Translations under genes and position numbers: made by a program
In this document: positions 60,431 through 64,000 of the stretch, piece after piece
How the letters are laid out: the number at the start of each line of letters is the position of its first letter
How positions within the stretch are numbered: the stretch's first letter is position 1
Assembly: GCA_030167865.1 (NCBI GenBank)
Contig: JALAGF010005068.1
Coordinates: 1 to 64,000 of the forward strand
Length of the DNA: 64,000 nucleotides
Source: Craspedostauros australis
Lineage: Eukaryota
Direction: 5' to 3'
Notes under the pieces: model-generated
What the model was told of the DNA's origin: nothing
Databases searched by the model: none
The model's input: the letters and a program-made list of their open reading frames with translations, nothing else

Positions 60431-61918
60431 TCAGGAACGTCCTTGTTGGTTGCGACGGGTAGCCATGCTGCCGATCCCGGCTTGGTTGTTAGTGCCAGTT
60501 TGGTTGTCGCCTTGGTTCGTAGCGTCACGTGGCCCATAATGCCCGTCTGTCTCGTCGTGAGAGCGTTTCGATGGCGTGCTCCTGCCCACCGACATGACCC
60601 CACGGCGCTTGTCTCGTTCCGCACGCATTTCAAGTGCCTTGGTCTTCTGTGCGGATGACATGACCGACCATTCGTCGGGTGAGTAGTGGCGATCCGTGAT
60701 GACCATGTTCGGATCATATTTCTTGGGTTTGCCTTGACCTCCACGGCCACCCTTGCTTGGTGTTCCATTACGGTTGCCACGACCGCCCTTGCTGCGATCC
60801 ATCGAGCCAATGGAGCGTCTGGGTGACGCGATCTGTTTGTGGTCAATGACTTCGCTCAGGACATTGATGGCCCCCGGTAGGTCTTCGCGAAGGGCTTCGT
60901 TGATCTTGATAGCAACGCATGCACTGTCGAGGCGAGAATCACGGATACCATCAAGGAAATGGCGCACTTTCGCCGCGTTCACGAGTGGTTCACCGCATCG
61001 TGCCATGTCTTCGAATGCACCTTTCATGATCTGTGCATATCGTTCGAAGGAGAACTGACGCGATTTGCCGTCATAAAAGCTGGTTGCAATCGTCTTGGAT
61101 GCTGCTGCCTTGGTGCGCGCCTGAAAGGAGTCGCTGTGATAGTGTTCTTTGAGTGCGATGAATGCTGCACGACCATTGCGTGCACGTTCGAAGCCTTGGA
61201 CCCAAGCCCATGCAGGTCCGCCATGAGTGACATGGCGAACAACCTGCCACACTTTCGCATTGTCTGCGTCGTAGCAGATACCTTCATGGATTGCACGGTC
61301 GATCAGTTCCTCCTTCATGGTGGGCACACCAAACCCATCATTGATGGCCGGTGTGCGGTCTTCGGGTTTACGTGAATCCTCACGGATCACATAGGAAAGC
61401 GGGGTGTCAAGCGCACCATGGGTGTTCTCCAAGTAGTTCTGGATGTCTTCGAGGCTGTCACGGACTCGGTCCACTTTGACCAGCCGTTCTGGCATATCCA
61501 TTTCGGTTTCCTTCTTAATGCGTTGTTCCTCAAGAAAGAGTTCCCACAATGCAACAAGGCGGTCCATTGTTGCCTCTGCTGCTGTAAACGGGCGTTGAAT
61601 GCGTTGGAAATGGAATCGTGCGTAACGTAGTTGACGCAGCTTGGTCTCATGCACCCAGCCGATGCTGATGCCTGGGTCCTTGATTTGTGGTGGTACATTG
61701 CCTTTGGCTCCTGCCTTGTAGGCGGGGTTTTCGATGAATCCACTACCATCGCAAATGCGCTTGCACAGGGCAGTAACGCCTTCATCGGTGATGGAGAGGA
61801 AGTCATCAAATTTGGTCAGGCCTTGGTCCTCAAGGGCGTCGACGATGTCATCGTCTGGGAAGCTGAGTACGTTCTTGCAATAGTCACGTATTTCGTTGGT
61901 GTTTGCAGCGGCTGCCAT
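60431..61918 (-). CDS. gag: Gag protein (495 aa)
   Basis: Position upstream of pol; PLSYVIR, RNGRAAF and FSFERY motifs; RGG-rich basic C-terminus. Confidence 0.92.
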   Translation of the reverse strand: MAAAANTNEIRDYCKNVLSFPDDDIVDALEDQGLTKFDDFLSITDEGVTALCKRICDGSGFIENPAYKAGAKGNVPPQIKDPGISIGWVHETKLRQLRYARFHFQRIQRPFTAAEATMDRLVALWELFLEEQRIKKETEMDMPERLVKVDRVRDSLEDIQNYLENTHGALDTPLSYVIREDSRKPEDRTPAINDGFGVPTMKEELIDRAIHEGICYDADNAKVWQVVRHVTHGGPAWAWVQGFERARNGRAAFIALKEHYHSDSFQARTKAAASKTIATSFYDGKSRQFSFERYAQIMKGAFEDMARCGEPLVNAAKVRHFLDGIRDSRLDSACVAIKINEALREDLPGAINVLSEVIDHKQIASPRRSIGSMDRSKGGRGNRNGTPSKGGRGGQGKPKKYDPNMVITDRHYSPDEWSVMSSAQKTKALEMRAERDKRRGVMSVGRSTPSKRSHDETDGHYGPRDATNQGDNQTGTNNQAGIGSMATRRNQQGRS

Positions 61919-62381
61919 GTTGATGATGTTCGTGTGTAATGTTGTTGCTAATGATAAGATGAAGGAAGGAAGTAGCGAAGGAAGAAAGGTTTTGTGGTGT
62001 CAAGAAAATCACACTGGGACATGGTGTATTTTCGACGTGAAAATGGTTCAACGTGTGTTTTCCGCGGTGTCGATCCGCGATGAGAAGCACAGACCGGGCA
62101 ACAAGGCACACGATCTTTTCGCTGATGACAGCGTGTGTCTCAGTAGGGATTTCCGTGTGACCTACGGTCGGTGCGTCCACCAGTGTCATCAACACCTCGC
62201 AGTGCGAACGGTGAGATTGCATCCCGTTGACGCCGGTCACATGGCGTCAACACACCATGGTCAAAGAGGATGCAGCACAGTACAAGCAGTGCCGGCTTGG
62301 TGACGGTCCACCCTCGGAGCGGGGTCCCAGTATTGTCGTCACCTCTTCAGGCGGTCCCTGCACGCTCGCACATGCCCGCAT

Positions 62382-62402
62382 GAGCGGATGGGTCTGATAA
62401 AC
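62382..62402 (-). other. Putative primer-binding site GTTTATCAGACCCATCCGCTC
   Basis: Immediately downstream of the 5' LTR; loosely similar to tRNA-iMet-type PBSs. Confidence 0.45.
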
Positions 62403-62577
62403 CAAGTTACGACACACGTGAAACTGATTTAGAGTGAAAAAGAGTAAAGATGCAGATTATGAGTCTTATCGATGTCGTATGCGTCAACGTATTGGCTGCA
62501 TTACTGTGTCGTCCCTGATTGGTAACAGCGCCTATCGTGTAACGCCGTTTCAACGGTTTCATACATATCCCGGTTTG
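62403..62577 (-). repeat. 5' LTR (175 bp)
   Basis: Identical by eye to 56182-56356. Confidence 0.95.
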
Positions 62578-62729
62578 GTTTTAGTATCGTCAAGGCCAGG
62601 AAACACATTGCAGCATCGAGTCCTCTGGACTACTGTTATTGTTGTCGTTATCGTTATCGGTATGGCGCAAGCAATTAATCAATTTTATACTCTCGCTCTC
62701 CAGACAAAGACCTTCGTTACACCTTTGCT

Positions 62730-63998
62730 CTAATCGCGAACAACGTACGCGCTTGCGATCTTGGCGATGTCAAAGTCGTGCCACGACGATGGGTTTTCAT
62801 TTCGATTCTTGTGGAGATCGTTGTCGCTGTGGCGCATCTGTTCGATGACGTCTCCGCCCTTGATGACCTTGGCAAAGCATGGATCACCTTCGCCCGGGAC
62901 CTCGTGGTGCTTCTGGGCGCCTGGTCCGTGCAGGCGTGTGTTGTCATTCGTGTTGATGTAGAACGTCGGTCCCAAGCCGGCATACCCCAACGTGAACGTC
63001 TCGTGCGGGTAGTTGTGGGAGTATTCTGCGAAGGTCAGTCCGTTGAATCCCTTGGCGGCGAAATGCTCTGTCTTGGGTTCGAAGGTGCCGAACTTCACAG
63101 GGGCCGCTGCCACGACGTGGGTGGATTTGGTGTGATGGTAGAAGAGGGTGTTGTTCCACAACCCCGCATCGATCACGTCGAGGAACGACAAGACGGAGTG
63201 CGGCATGTGCTCGATCGGTGCCAATTCGATCTCCATCTGCGTCATCGCGGATGGTTTGCCGCCTCCGATCACCTGCACGTTCAGCACGACACGGTGTGGT
63301 CCTTCGCCGTACTTGGCGATGATCTTCTGCCGATCCTCATTTTGGATGTGCATCTGCAGGTCGATCATACGATCATGCAGGGATTCCTGACGGTGCTGCA
63401 CCCAGTTCATCACCACGCTTGTCTGCCGTTGCTGTTCCATTGTCTCATTGTCCAGGTTCATCGCGCTGTGCTGCTGGTGGCGATGTGGCTGTTGCGGTTT
63501 CAGCAGCAGCGCTTCGTCTGCGTTGGATTTGCCATCGGCTCCACTTTTGGTGGGCTTCATCACGGCACCGGACAATGATCCCCACGACGACGTCGGCGTC
63601 AATAGCGCAGGTGCCACGTCCTCTTGTCCCTTGGCGTTGGCAGCTTGCACTTCGTTCTTCAGCAGCCGGAAGGACCGCTGCAGCCGTCGCAGCTGCGCCG
63701 TGACTGTGGAATGCGCGTGCTTGGCATCCAGCAGGGTTTGGTTCGTGTCCTGCATCTGGAGCAGCAAGATTTCAGTCTCAAGGTCGATGCGTTGCGACAG
63801 CGACATCATCGTTTGATGGCGGTGGTACGCGATGGTGGCGGAAAGGATGGCGAAGCCGTAGCTGAAGAACAGCAGCCATCTCCCGAGCGACTTTGCGTAC
63901 TGCGCTTTGCCATAGCCACTGCTGTACCCGCTGCCATGCAAGTTGCGCTTCAGCAGCAGACCTGATTCCGGACAGACACCTGATGTCGAACGAAGCAT
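62730..63998 (-). CDS. Membrane-anchored coiled-coil protein with divergent cyclophilin-like domain
   Basis: N-terminal TM, coiled coil, then YGEGPHRV...IELAP...MPHSV...GPTFYINT...DPCFAKVIKG; start at the window edge. Confidence 0.75.
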   Translation of the reverse strand: MLRSTSGVCPESGLLLKRNLHGSGYSSGYGKAQYAKSLGRWLLFFSYGFAILSATIAYHRHQTMMSLSQRIDLETEILLLQMQDTNQTLLDAKHAHSTVTAQLRRLQRSFRLLKNEVQAANAKGQEDVAPALLTPTSSWGSLSGAVMKPTKSGADGKSNADEALLLKPQQPHRHQQHSAMNLDNETMEQQRQTSVVMNWVQHRQESLHDRMIDLQMHIQNEDRQKIIAKYGEGPHRVVLNVQVIGGGKPSAMTQMEIELAPIEHMPHSVLSFLDVIDAGLWNNTLFYHHTKSTHVVAAAPVKFGTFEPKTEHFAAKGFNGLTFAEYSHNYPHETFTLGYAGLGPTFYINTNDNTRLHGPGAQKHHEVPGEGDPCFAKVIKGGDVIEQMRHSDNDLHKNRNENPSSWHDFDIAKIASAYVVRD

Positions 63999-64000
63999 CT

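Larger units (their letters stand above)
56182..62577 (-). mobile_element. Full-length, apparently intact Ty1/copia (CoDi-type) LTR retrotransposon, 6396 bp
   Basis: Two identical 175-bp direct repeats; gag then PR-IN-RT-RH order; GTTT duplicated at 56178-56181 and 62578-62581. Confidence 0.97.

Noticed and set aside
60431-60433. UGA as a selenocysteine codon
   Set aside because: Lies in a non-catalytic linker and no SECIS element was recognised
60223-60846. Alternate-frame ORF overlapping the gag-pol junction as evidence for frameshifting
   Set aside because: gag and pol are already in the same frame and this ORF has no protease motif

Overview
Eukaryotic genomic DNA, most likely from a diatom (GT-AG introns, bipartite plastid-targeting presequences, a DUF6824 gene, CoDi-type Ty1/copia elements). 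It holds about 13 host genes, including dynactin p150, an HCF173-like NAD(P)-binding/CIA30 protein, an Asp/Asn hydroxylase, a lumenal FKBP, RlmN, an E2-like protein, a secreted Cys-rich repeat protein, a sulfotransferase-like protein and a cyclophilin-like protein. Retrotransposon-rich islands lie at ~1-9.4 kb, ~39-40.6 kb and ~46.3-48.7 kb. An intact, very young 6.4 kb Ty1/copia element (56182-62577, minus strand) has identical 175-bp LTRs. Main observations: (1) its LTRs end in 5'-CAA...TTG-3' rather than the canonical TG...CA, with a 4-bp TSD and symmetric AC/GT dinucleotides inside the element, and its integrase lacks the HHCC zinc finger; (2) in two divergent copia elements gag and pol are in the same frame, separated by a single UGA followed by C, suggesting programmed readthrough or reinitiation. 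All family assignments are from motif recognition by eye, not database searches.
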